From Selaginella moellendorffii (Eukaryota > Plantae > Lycopodiophyta), in contig NW_003314277.1 in assembly GCF_000143415.4 (NCBI RefSeq), positions 135,183 through 199,182 on the forward strand: 64,000 nt of DNA. Reading direction: 5' to 3'. Within the stretch, counting starts at the first letter, position 1. Each line of letters starts with the position of its first letter. A model generated the notes under the pieces. The model saw nothing but the letters and a program-made list of their open reading frames with translations, was not told the DNA's origin and ran no database searches. Positions 42,755 to 54,802 of the stretch are shown here, one piece after another. The translations under genes and the position numbers were made by a program.

Positions 42755-43610
42755 TCACACGGCTTGCTTCAAGCTCCCCACGACTAAACACCCAACGAGC
42801 ACCGTCTTCCACGAGCAGCTATCCGGCACAAACGGCATATCACTCACGAGCTCCCGTGCTTGATCCATGAGGCCGGAACGCGCTAGCATTTCCGCCATGC
42901 AAACGCAGTGATCCCTGGTATACGCCACCCCAAAGTCCGTCGCCACCGAGAAGAAGCACTGCCTCGCGTTGCTCAAGTCCCCCGCGTGAGCACTCACCGA
43001 GAGAATGCTCACAAACGTAACGTCGTTTGGATGCACGCCTTCCAAGCACATCCGGAAGAACAGCTCCATGGCCGCGTCGAAAAGTCCATTGTCGGCATAG
43101 ATCCCAATCGTCGCGCTCCACAGCACGACGTTCTTCTCGCGAGCCGCGTCGAAGATCTCGCAAGCGGCGGCGAGGCGAGCAGATCGGCCGTGCATGCTCA
43201 CAAGTGCGGTGGAGACTGAGCTATCACTGCGACAACCCGAGGTGGATATCAAATCATGGAGCAACCTTGCCTCGGATGGCGCGAGGTGAGAAGCTAAGAC
43301 GCCGATAAACGTAGCTCTGTCCGCCTCAAATCCTTCCAGATCCATCTTTGCTAGAAGCTCGAGAGCTCGCAAGCTTTCTCCATTTGCTGCGTGAGCTGAG
43401 ATCATGGCGTTCCAGCTAGCCGTGTCCCAAACGTGCTTCCCGGGTAAGTCCCTTCTGCGCGAAGTCCATGAGCATGAGCGTCCAGGCATGAGATTGAACA
43501 AACCCCTCGCAAGATCAAAGTGAGCGTTTTGAGTGTATGCTGTGATCATCGCGTTCCAGGCCACCTGGTTCTTCTCTTTGATCCTGTCGAAAGCGTTGAC
43601 TCCTTTCGAA
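42755..43610 (-). pseudogene. PLS-class PPR fragment
   Basis: AWNAMITAY, KNVVLWSATIG, VHPNDVTFVSILS, DHCVCMAEMLARSG and MPFVPDSCSWKTVL. No ATG start, and truncated within the E domain. Confidence 0.8.
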
Positions 43611-43899
43611 AGGTTGTTGGAAAGTCTTATATCTCCTTTTTATGGAAAAATTTAAAGTATTATTCTGAGGAATCAGTAATCACAACTACCAAAAAAACTT
43701 TAAATTCTGGCTGAGAAATAGTCCCATTAGGTCGGAGGATCGAAACCTGATGTTTATCGAATTGTTTTCGTCCTTGGAATCGAGCTCCAGATCTGAGAGC
43801 TGGTTAAAAACTGGAGCTGAAGAAATTTTTGTTAAAGCTCCGGCTGCTGACGTGTATTTTGATTTCCAATCGCTCGGGCCGCCATTCGGTTCTCGCAGC

Positions 43900-46045
43900 T
43901 GCCGCCGCGCGCAGGGGCATTGGCGCCGGATACAAGCTGGTGGATTTGAGCGACTCGGGTGTCCAAGCTTACATCGTGCCTTCGGAGGACGCTCACCAGG
44001 TACTTGCGTCAAGAGAACAAGGAGTCTAGGAAAAAAATTTCTTGTTTCCTCTTTTCTTTTTTGTAAGTAGCTCACTGCTGCGTATGCAGAGTGAATTTAT
44101 AGCCGAGTGCTTCACGCGCCGAGCTTACATTTCAGGATTCACGGGAAGCGCAGGAACTGCTGTGTGCTGTGATCACCTTGGAGAAGGCTGCGCTTTGGAC
44201 GGATGGTCGATACTATCTTCAGGTAATTGATTCAACTTCATTCTTTTGCTTTCTTCCTGCACAGATTTCTCATTGTTTTTGCTGCTTCTGTGTAGGCTGA
44301 GAACCAACTTGGACCTAAATGGACGCTCATGAGAGGTAGTTCTATTGGCGTGCCTTCATACAGTGAGTGGCTCAGAGACAATGTCTCTGCTGGTTTGGCT
44401 GTAGGCATTGATCCTGTAAGATGTCGAGATCATTCTTTTGAGCTACAGTTTTTCTTTTGCTTTTCTAAACCTCCGTTCTCATGTAATTATTGCCTTGACA
44501 GTTTCTTGTCACCCACGATGGTGCGGAGGAGCTCAGGCGAACCTTGTCAGCCAAAGAGATTCAACTCACTTTTGTCGATCGCAACTTGATTGATGAGATT
44601 TGGCTCGATGGAGAGTGCACGATTTGATTTACGCTGGCGTTGATGTCGCGATGAAGCTCTCGGATGCGAGAAAGAAACTTTCCACAGCTGGTGCTACTGG
44701 CGTCGTGATAACCATACTCGATGAAGTTGCATGGCTGTTTAATCTTGTAAGTGAATGTCTGTACTTTTCTCTTCTGAATTTTTATGTTTCAGCGTGGTGG
44801 CAATGTCCCTCATTCTCCAGTGGCGTATGCTCACGCACTTGTCCAGATGGACAAGGCAACTCTTTTCACTGATGTGTCAAAGGTGACGCCAGACGTTGAG
44901 ATGCACCTGGAAAGCTCTTCCGTGACCGTCAAACAGTACTCCGCGCTCCTATCAACTATTCACAGGTGTGCTATCATTTTGATGTTAGGGAGTTGCTAAC
45001 GGAATGTTCTTTTAGATTAGCTGAGTCGGGCTCAAAATTGTGGCTAGATCCAACCAAAACCAACATGGGCATTGTGAATGCATTTTCGGAAGGATGTACG
45101 AGCTTTTATGCCAAAGCGGATGTCGACGGGAAATATGGAACATCAGATGGTCCAACTGCATTACATAGACCATCGCCACTATCTGTGCCGAAGGCCATAA
45201 AAAATGCTGCTGAGATCTCAGGAATGAAACAAGCACACTTGAGGTAAAGTTTTGTGGTTTTCTTTGCAATTGTCCGAGCAGAGATGCTGCAGCCCTGGTT
45301 GAGTTTTGGGCTTGGCTCAAAGTAAAAATCGTTACGGAGAAAGCCAAACTTACGGAGGTGGAAGTGGGCGATGAACTTCTCAGCTTTCGTTCCAACAAGG
45401 AAGGATTTCTAGAAACTAGCTTCGATACAATTTGTGGCTTGTATTTTCTACCATTGCAAAATTGTCGGCTCTTACCAGTCCTTACAGGATTGGGTGCTTA
45501 GTGGACGATGAAAATCTGCTTTTGCTCGACAGTGGCGCGCAATATACAGATGGAACAACGATATAACCAGGACTGTTCATTTTGGGTTACCTTTTCCAAG
45601 CGCGCGATAGCGTCCCTCCGGCATGTTCCGCTGGTAAAGACAAGCCTTGGTATTCTTCGCTAACCTTAACATGCCAGGGCTTGTCCGTGCAATGGGAGAT
45701 ATGCGAGTTTTAAAGGCACCCTCTGGATCATTTGTTGTCTTTTTAGCTGACTTGTTTGTATTTTAGGGGCACATATCGATTGATCAAGCAGTTTTCCCAG
45801 AGAATACTCCAGGCTTCGTTCTGAGAATTGGACTTGACTATTGTCACGGTAGTGTTTTCTCGCCTACAGTGAATTAAGTACTCTCTTGCTGTGCAGTGGA
45901 AATGTAGGAACTGGCCATTGAGTTGGCGCTGCTCTCAATGTCCATGAAGGCCATCATCAGTTTTCGATTCGGAAACATGGCTGCATGATAGTCAACAACG
46001 AGCCTGGTTATTATGAAGATCACAGCTTTGAAATTTGAATAGAGG
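43900..46045 (+). pseudogene. Xaa-Pro aminopeptidase P (APP1-like), disrupted
   Basis: AYIVPSEDAHQ|SEFIAEC..RRAYISGFTGSAGTA, LDEVAWLFNL|RG, LLDSGAQY.DGT and NEPGYYED, with frameshifts and deletions (e.g. about 44162, about 45560). Confidence 0.85.
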
Positions 46046-46129
46046 TGAGACAAGAAAGTTAATGAGAATAGCGCTCTTAACATTCTCTTTTTCATTGTGC
46101 AGAATTTACTAGAGTTTCTTACTTTCTTC

Positions 46130-47935
46130 TTTTTTCTTACTAATGGGACATAGCATGTACGAGGTATCCATCTTTCACGGATGGCATTGGCCAGTAGCTT
46201 ATTTTACTTTTTGGATTGACAGGCTCCCATCTTCAATCAAAGATTACAATTTGTTGACAAGAAAAGAGGAGCAAAAGAATTTACCTGTATTTTGTGATAA
46301 GCCTGTGTATGAAAATCCATTTGCTCTAACAGACTTAATGCTCTCCCTGGGCATATTCTATCTCCATAACCAAATGGAATAAATCTGCCAGTTTTAGCTG
46401 GAACCTAAAATAAAAGGTTTGGTTTAGTATAAACACGAAAAATACCATACTTCAAATCTGGATGGATTAAATTTTGCTGCATTGAGGTAAATGCTGTATT
46501 GGTGGCATATAGACATGAACCATCCAATCTTTGGGCAAGGTGTAACCTGTTAACACCAACAAAGTAGACAAATAATTGGAATTAGCTTCAATCATATGTA
46601 ATAAAACCTTTGTAGCTGATATCCTTAGTGATTTTCAACATTAGAAAGCCTCAGACTTTCATGGACAGCCTACAAAACCACTCGAATTAAATCTAGCATA
46701 AAACTGGAGCTTAATCCACAACCCTTAGAATGGCTGGCATCTGTCTTGTGTCTTCCCAAGTTAAGTTGTACTTGGTGGAGCTTTTACCAAGAAATATTTT
46801 CCTTTGCTCCTAGAAATCAAAACAGAATTTTAGAAAATCACAATCATATTAATAACAATAATAATAACCTCCACTTCCTTGAGAGCCTGTGGGTTCTCAT
46901 TCAAGTGTTTGATCAGCCACATGAGAGCGAGGGCTGTGGTGTGGTGGCCTCCGAACAGCAGGTTGATTCGAGAGGAATCCAACCTTGTCATCTTTGTGCG
47001 TAATAAACTCGTCCAGCGCATCTTTGTGCGTTTCACCGTTGGCAGCTAGTTCGCCCCTTCTCTCGTTGATGAGCCCATCCAAGAATCTGTGGAGCCTTGC
47101 CCTGGCCTGCTCAATTACAACAATAGATCTAGAATTAGAAAAATAAAAAACCATGCAAAAACCTGTAACGCTTTGCGATAAGGTGAGAAGGGTAAGTCGA
47201 TTGGAAACTGGAGCACCCCATTCTCTATCGTTTGGGCGTCTTTCATGAGATCAATCATCTCCGGAGTGGAGGGCAGGAGTTTCTTGCACACTAATCCAAT
47301 CATCGCGCAGTAGCTGAACTGGCAAAAGTATAAAACCAGATTAAACGATCAAGCGACACAAAGACGTGATGAAAACCTTGGCAGTTTCTTCCATAACCGA
47401 CACCGTCTTTTTCGACCCCCATGACTCGAGAGTCTCCTGAGCCAAGATATCAATCATTTGGACGTGGCACTTGAGCGTCTCTGGAACCATCATCCCTAGA
47501 ATGATTCTCCGGTAGAGCGCATGCTGACTTCCGATGACCTCGTTTACAGTTTCCGGTCCAAGCAATCGGGCAAACACACCTGAGGGGCCACAGTCAGCGC
47601 AGCTGAGGAAGAACTTGGCCGACTCTACTGTTGTTGCAACGATGGTGGGAGATCCAAGCAAGTTACTCCAGAAAACTCCTCCATACCTGTAAAATGCAGT
47701 TAGTTAAATCAAGATCGAAGCGAAAGTCAGAGAAGAACCTTTTGCGTCGAGTGCTGAGGAAGTCTTGAGGGGACCCCCAAAAGAGAGAGAGAGATTCTCC
47801 GACAAGAGGCAAGCCATGGCTTCCTGGCAGGAGCTTGATCGTGGATGGTTTGTAGAACTTTCGGGAGATTAGCCACAAAGAGAGTAGAAACACCAGAAAG
47901 TACAGAGCATTCCAGGACTGTAGGAAAAGCTCCAT
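46130..47935 (-). pseudogene. Cytochrome P450 (CYP85 clan, CYP707/CYP90-like), disrupted
   Basis: Membrane anchor plus PGSHGLPLVGE, LLGSPTIV, I-helix LLFGGHHTTA, and heme motif FIPFGYGDRICPG. Frame breaks occur in the 3' half. Confidence 0.82.
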
Positions 47936-48431
47936 GCTGCAAGAAGGAATTAAGCACTCACCAGTTTGAGATTGGCCTCTTGAATATATCCTGCACAAAC
48001 CAGACTTTCGTTGGCTTCTTTTGAAAGGGATCTGCCAATATAGGGAGCCATGTCAACAGGGAGCCAAGGGAGCCATAGCCATTGACAAGAATATTTTAAG
48101 GATATTTTGGCATTCCAAAGAATATTTTTTTAAGATTTTAGTAGCAATATTTTTATTAAAACGTTCCTTTTGTCAGCAGTCACCTGGAACGTAGTGCTCT
48201 TTAAGCAATGCTGGCACCATTCAGATCTAACAGCATGTTGGAGGCATTTTAAACCAAATTAGTAATTTTTAATAATATTTAGATTTGTGTAAATTACTAG
48301 TATCTAATCTTAGTAGCAATAGATAGCTGCTATTTAATAGAGGTTTTGCCTTATCAACTCGTTTATAAAAGAAATTATTATTTTAATATTTAATAATTTA
48401 TATTATATTAATTATTTAAGTAAGTATACTT

Positions 48432-50126
48432 TGTGAGGTCTAAGTATATAGCTACAATGCCATATACTAATATTAGCATAGTGGGATTTTAGTAGCTATT
48501 GGATTGGTTTCAATCCGGACCACTTGTTTATATAATTTTTGGGTTAATTAATATATGCATTTTCTATATTCTCTTTTTATATTCCATGTACTTATATTGG
48601 TAGAGGTGAATTGTCCCTAAGGAGAGCTTGGATTTAGGAGTTTTGGTTTAGATTTAGCTTTTGCATTATCTAAATCTCCATTTTCTTTTAGGTTTTTCCA
48701 TTTTTTTTCTATTGCTTTTTGTCTAGATTTAGCTTTTGCATTGTCTAGATCTCCCTTTCCTTATAGTTTTTTCCATTTCTTTTCTTTTGCTCTTTCATTT
48801 TCATTTATTTTCATGGCAAAGTAGCAATCTTCTCCTCCTTTAACTCTAGAGTAGCAGTTGGTGCAATTGTTTGATGCTATACAGTTGCAATTGAATAATA
48901 AAACTCAATTGATGGTGATATTTATGGCATGTGATACAACTCCTCTTGCTCTTATTGCCAATCCTCACGTTCGGCTGGAATTTTTCCATGGGAATCCTAG
49001 GGATGATGTGTACCATTAGTCCGATCACTTCACAATGATTGCCACATATCATTATTAGAACGATATTTGATATTTGCGTGAGTTTCCCATATATCTCTAA
49101 AAAACAATACTATAGTGGTACAATGGTTTAAATGCAGCCACTTGTGAAAATTAGAGTATTCTCCTAGACATCTTCAAACACACATTTGGAGATGTTGACA
49201 ATTGTGATGATGCCTTTTAACAATTGCATCATCTTTATTAAGGGTTATTTGAGTCAGTGATATAGTTTGGCATTCGTTGTGTAAAGTTAAATATGTCAAA
49301 GTGGATCAAGTTGGGAATGTTATGGCTAGCACTTCATCAAAATCTTGTAAGATTTGTGCATGCACTTGCGCTAGCCACCTTTAATGATGCCTTTTGCTTA
49401 GCACAACATTATGAGATAGATGTCATATCTTTCACTTTTTGCTACACATCCTTCAACTCCATTTTTTTGTGGGAGATGGTCATGTTCCAATGGATGTTAA
49501 TACTACTATTGCCCACGTTCAAGGACAAGGGTGAGGACATGGTCATGGCTATGATGTTTATTGTTGTGCATGTGATGAAGTTTGTCATACTTATTAGTGT
49601 TGTTAGCATTTTCTGGATTGGTGACCTCCATTTCCTTAGCGAAATGGAGACCTTAGTGTCAACAATGTTCTGTTGGTGCTGTTGTAGAGGAAAGTTTAGA
49701 CACTGAGATGCATTTGGAAAACAAAGAGTCATACGAGTAGCAAAAGGACTATGCACAAATAAGTTAATGACCCCTTCATTTTTCTTTCTAAAGTATCATC
49801 AAGGGGTTCACTCGGCAGCAGTTCATTTAGTGTTTACTTTCCATGCTCATTTTTATAACAAGAGGTTTTCTATTATTCTCTCCATGTTAGTTGATATAGG
49901 TTTAAGTTTATCTTTTATTGCTTGACTTATTGCCACATGTTGCCATTTGTATTTACATCATGCGGTAGAGCCAGTTTTCATTCTTTATGGCAATGGTAGT
50001 ACACACATATGTGTGTGGGCTTAGTTGTGCGTGTAAGCAATCTTGAGCTTAAGTTGTAGTCATTGCAGGTGGTGCCGAATCAAGCTTTTGACCTCATCCT
50101 TGGTATAAATTGGTTGCAGTGCAATT
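48432..50126 (+). mobile_element. Highly degenerate LTR-element remnant
   Basis: Starts TGTGAGG with an LTR related to 37820-40416. A gag-like remnant LHQNLVRFVHALALATFNDAFCLAQHYE lies at about 49330-49420. Confidence 0.45.
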
Positions 50127-53100
50127 TTTAGCGCACGTGGTTTTGATCCTTTATCCTATGGTGATTTACTATAGAATAACACTATGAGGCGGAACCTAAA
50201 CCCTCCATGTGCCACGTGTCATATGCCACGTGCCACATGCCACATGTCCAAAGGATAGTGGTGTGGAACCCGAGGTTCAGGGCCTTGGGCCACTGAACAA
50301 AGGAACGATGCCAAACTCCCAAGCATAGAGCCAAGAAGTGATGGAACTAGACCATGAAGCAACTCTTGAGCATACAGCCCAAGAAGCAAAGGGATAAGAA
50401 CCTAGAGCAACTTGGAATAATCCTAGAACAACTAGCATCCCAATGCCAGGACCAACACGCAAGATGGAGCCAAACGGAGTTTGGCACTATTTCAGCATAC
50501 TAGTGGCCTAACGCAAGGACATGGGTACTCCACTAGCTAACATAAAATGAAACTTGGGCTTAGACCCAAACCAAACGCAGAACAAGGATAGACATTCAAG
50601 TGGGAGCTAGACTATGCCTCAGGTTGGTTGGTCATGCCCGACCAACCTACCCACTATTCTTATTATACATTTAGAACCCCCTACAACCCCCCCGTGAGGA
50701 ACACATGCTTTGGGCTTTCACTCCAAACCTCCCTTAGTATCAGGAGTTAGTCTTTGGGATAAGCTCGAAATTTACTAAATATGGAATATCCCTAAATTTC
50801 GAATTGGATATGGGATGAACACCATTGTGTTCAAAACAATCTCTGCATTCTATAGATATGCCAAATGAGCAAATCTGGACACTTTCCATAAATAGTATTT
50901 AGGATCGAAATGAGACTAACACAAAGGGCATGATAGCGAAGGTGTTTGGCATACGGTAAGTTATCATCTAGCGAATATTGAGGACCAATCTTAATATCGT
51001 GGGGGTTCCCAACACTAGCAAGTGCAAGTTAACGAATGAGTTTCTCTAACTAGGTCAAGTATGCTTGACTAATAATATTTAGGAATTCCGTTCTTATGCT
51101 CATTTGGTCAAGTGCACATGCGAAGAATAGTTTCTCAACTAGTTTAGGCGAAGACTGATAAAGGACCTAGCAATACCGACCTCCTGCCATCGTGGCAGTA
51201 AAGAAACTAACCAACAAGTAACTTTCGATACCCGAAGTCACATTTGTGATACTCTTCCCCCCTAGGGAAGATCGACATCCTCGTCAATGCATACTCGAGT
51301 ATAGAATACTGCCAAGGAAACAACTCCAAAAAAAGTTCACGGTATTCACACTATGTGAGAAATGCATCAATTTAAATAAGTTAGGGTAACCTCTTTATCT
51401 AATGCGGATGCACTACCTACTTAGACACCTTCCGGTCATCGCCAACAAAGAAATGACTAATGGAGTTAGCCACCTTTGTTGCTCTGGGTGTCACCTAGCT
51501 TACAAAAGTGTGATACGCCCCTATCTGCAAGGATATAGAGAGAGAAGCTAGAGGCCCCAACCCTCATGAGTAAAGAAACCAAACATGTTGGTAAGGTTTA
51601 AATAGACTACTGTAAATAGGTAGTTAAAGTTGTTTACACGGTCACACCTTTTTAACAAAATAAGGAACATCGACAGAGAGGTGGATGATGTGACCGGTCT
51701 ACAGTAGTTACCCCATGACTAAAGATTTCACCATGCACACAAAGTGCTGAAGCCAGTCTGCCTATACTGGCCCAAACTCAAAGATTAATAGATGGACAAT
51801 ATCAAAGTTTTAGATAATGATATCATAGAGACTTAACTATCAGGGAATAAATCTTAGATTAGAACACAAAATTATTCCAAGTAAGTTATCATTTGATAAA
51901 CTAGTATTAGAGTATAAGAACCACCAAGATCATCATAATTGGTAAACACAGGATTCACCATCTAGCAAAATTTAATAGCAAGTATATCATCAAGAAAACT
52001 CAATGATAAAACTTAACTATTAAAGATTGTAGACCGTATGCCAAATAACTTATGAAAGATAACTCAAAGAACACAAAGTATCATTGACTGACAAGCAAAA
52101 TGCTCGTGAATATATCACTCGAAAGAAATAACATCCTAATCTATTAGAACTAGCTCAAGCAACAATCAAGAGAATAGAATGAATGTTGCATGACCAACAA
52201 ACACTCATTCATACCAACTATTGTACTAGTCAATCTAACTAGATCCCGATCAACAATACAAAAGAACCAGAGTTGCTTAAGCAAACGTCAGCAACATCTG
52301 ACTAATGTTTCAAACCCAAGAGATTAATCTAGAGCAATCCACAAAGAATATGTGGTATTGTGAAAAGCTATAAGTCATCAAAGAGAACAACTAACTATCA
52401 TGAAAGATCTTCAATCATCTTATCAAAAAGAGAGATGCATAATCATCATCGAAGAAAGAATCTACCATCCTGAAACAACAAATCATTCTAGATTAACAAT
52501 AATTAAGCAAAACCTTTTGACAAGGATAATCAACTATCTTAGATGATAGTCAATCATTACCAATGATTGTCAGATGCAAATACTAACTTCAACATCAAAG
52601 CTAAAGAGCCAACAATGCCTTCCCCCAACAACTTCGAACAAATAGAATAATGAGCATGAAAACTTAAGGAACCAAAAGCTTGAAAGACCCTATAGCCAAG
52701 TTTTGCCTAATAATGATCACAAGTTTTGCATGAACTAATTTCAATGTTAAAGAAGAAATCATGATACAACCCACAATATCCTCCTTAACATATATATAAG
52801 CCAAATTTCATAATGTCAAAGCTAATGAAGAGCATATCTATATCAACCCAAAAGCTAAATCCTCCATAAATCCATCTATAACAAGACGTAACTCACTTCA
52901 TAATGAACATAAGAAGAATCATCAATGATCGATATATTTTAATTCAAATTCAATATATTTCAAACATTCTAATATCAATCACTAATTTTTCCTCTAGAGT
53001 TAGCATTGTCTACGATTAAATCACTTTTCAAGGAAAAACTAAAACTCAACCTCTACTAAACATTTTCATTTAGAACACAACTAACTCAACTTGCAACTTA

Positions 53101-53235
53101 GTTCATTTAAACGTCAATACAATTGCTAACTAGCAAATGCATGAATGCCAATAACACAAAGCCATAACCAAATCATTAACACTATCTTCATTGAGACTAA
53201 TGAAACTCAATATCAATCATACGAAGAGACATTTC
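50127..53235 (-). mobile_element. LARD-like element copy 2 (LTR 50127-51251 plus partial interior), interrupted by the Gypsy element
   Basis: Collinear with 6377-9547, with a PPT after 51251. Confidence 0.9.
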
Positions 53236-54049
53236 TGTAAGCCACAAATTTTTCCTTTCCAATTTGCCAGCTTACCTCGTTTATCTGACCAACACTGCCT
53301 TGGCTTGTGCTAAGTTCCCTTGCCAAGGTTCTCGCCTATTGTACCAGCTCCTACTTGGTCCTACTTGGTTTCAGCTACTCACTGCACGAGCAACGGAGTG
53401 TTAGCCATCCATCTACGGATTCCCAAATCTCTCCCAATCCCCCTCCCCGAGTTAGACTGGACTTAAGGTTCGGCTACACTCCCCGTAGGCACAAACAGCC
53501 AAGCACACCAAGCCTCCAGGTTCCTAACACCCCTTGGTACAACAAGACTTGATCATGGGACCCTCTAAATCCCAAGCATTGGGTGCAGCACTTGCTTCGG
53601 GACGTCGGGGCGAAACACCGTGGCCTAACGGCCCAGTATGGGTACCTCTACCCCCCCACTTCCATCCCAAAGGGAAGGTCCAAGCCCCTAGGAAGGGCAA
53701 GGACCAATGAGCCGCATGGTACTCAAGTGGGGCACCACTCCACATGAGCCAAGAGCACCGCAGTCAGTTTCCTTTTCGGGAGTGGGAGCTGCTCTTGAGC
53801 ACTTCCTTGGATGGCCCCTCCGGCACCAACCAAGTCCATGCTCACTCCCACCCAAGGCCCCTTGGTCCCAGTCCCAACCTCAAGTCAGTTTGGAAGCCCC
53901 ACTGGAGAGTTCCTTCAAAACTGGTTCCTGGACCTCACTATCCCTACTATACTTTTGGAACCCCCTGCAGCCCCCCACCCCCCCCCCCTGGGAGACGCAC
54001 GCTTTGGGCTTTCACCCCTTGACCTGTATTAGTACTCGGACTTAGTCTC

Positions 54050-54270
54050 TGGCTTGATCTCGGATTCGACTTCGGATTTAGTCTCGGACTCGATCTCGGA
54101 CTCGATCTTGGACCCGATCTCGGACTCAATCTCGGACCCGTCCTCAGACTCGACCTCAGTCTCGTTCTCAGACCCGATTTCGGATCTCGGACTCCGTCTC
54201 GAACTCGGTCTCGAACTCGGACTCGAACTCGGTCCCCGAGTCGGTCTCGGACTCAATTCCGGACTCTATC
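54050..54270. repeat. CTCGGA/CTCGAT hexamer tandem repeat inside the Gypsy LTR, running into the N gap
   Basis: 6-nt periodicity is directly visible. Confidence 0.9.
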
Positions 54271-54802
54271 TNNNNNNNNNNNNNNNNNNNNNNNNNNNNN
54301 NNNNNNNNNNNNNNNNNNNNNNNNNNNNNNNNNNNNNNNNNNNNNNNNNNNNNNNNNNNNNNNNNNNNNNNNNNNNNNNNNNNNNNNNNNNNNNNNNNNN
54401 NNNNNNNNNNNNNNNNNNNNNNNNNNNNNNNNNNNNNNNNNNNNNNNNNNNNNNNNNNNNNNNNNNNNNNNNNNNNNNNNNNNNNNNNNNNNNNNNNNNN
54501 NNNNNNNNNNNNNNNNNNNNNNNNNNNNNNNNNNNNNNNNNNNNNNNNNNNNNNNNNNNNNNNNNNNNNNNNNNNNNNNNNNNNNNNNNNNNNNNNNNNN
54601 NNNNNNNNNNNNNNNNNNNNNNNNNNNNNNNNNNNNNNNACCCAACCTCCATAGAATACGTCTACGGATTCGACATCCCCACAGGGAGTCGGGCGTAGCT
54701 CCCTACGCCTGGTCGATCTAGCTAACCCATGCTAATTAGCTTACCTTCGGCGTGCCTTCAGGTCCTAACATATGCCATTGCTCAACTTCACAAATTGATA
54801 CT

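Noticed and set aside
54029-54698. Ser/Asp/Pro-rich ORFs and ORFs spanning N runs
   Set aside because: Artefacts of the hexamer repeat and of assembly gaps.
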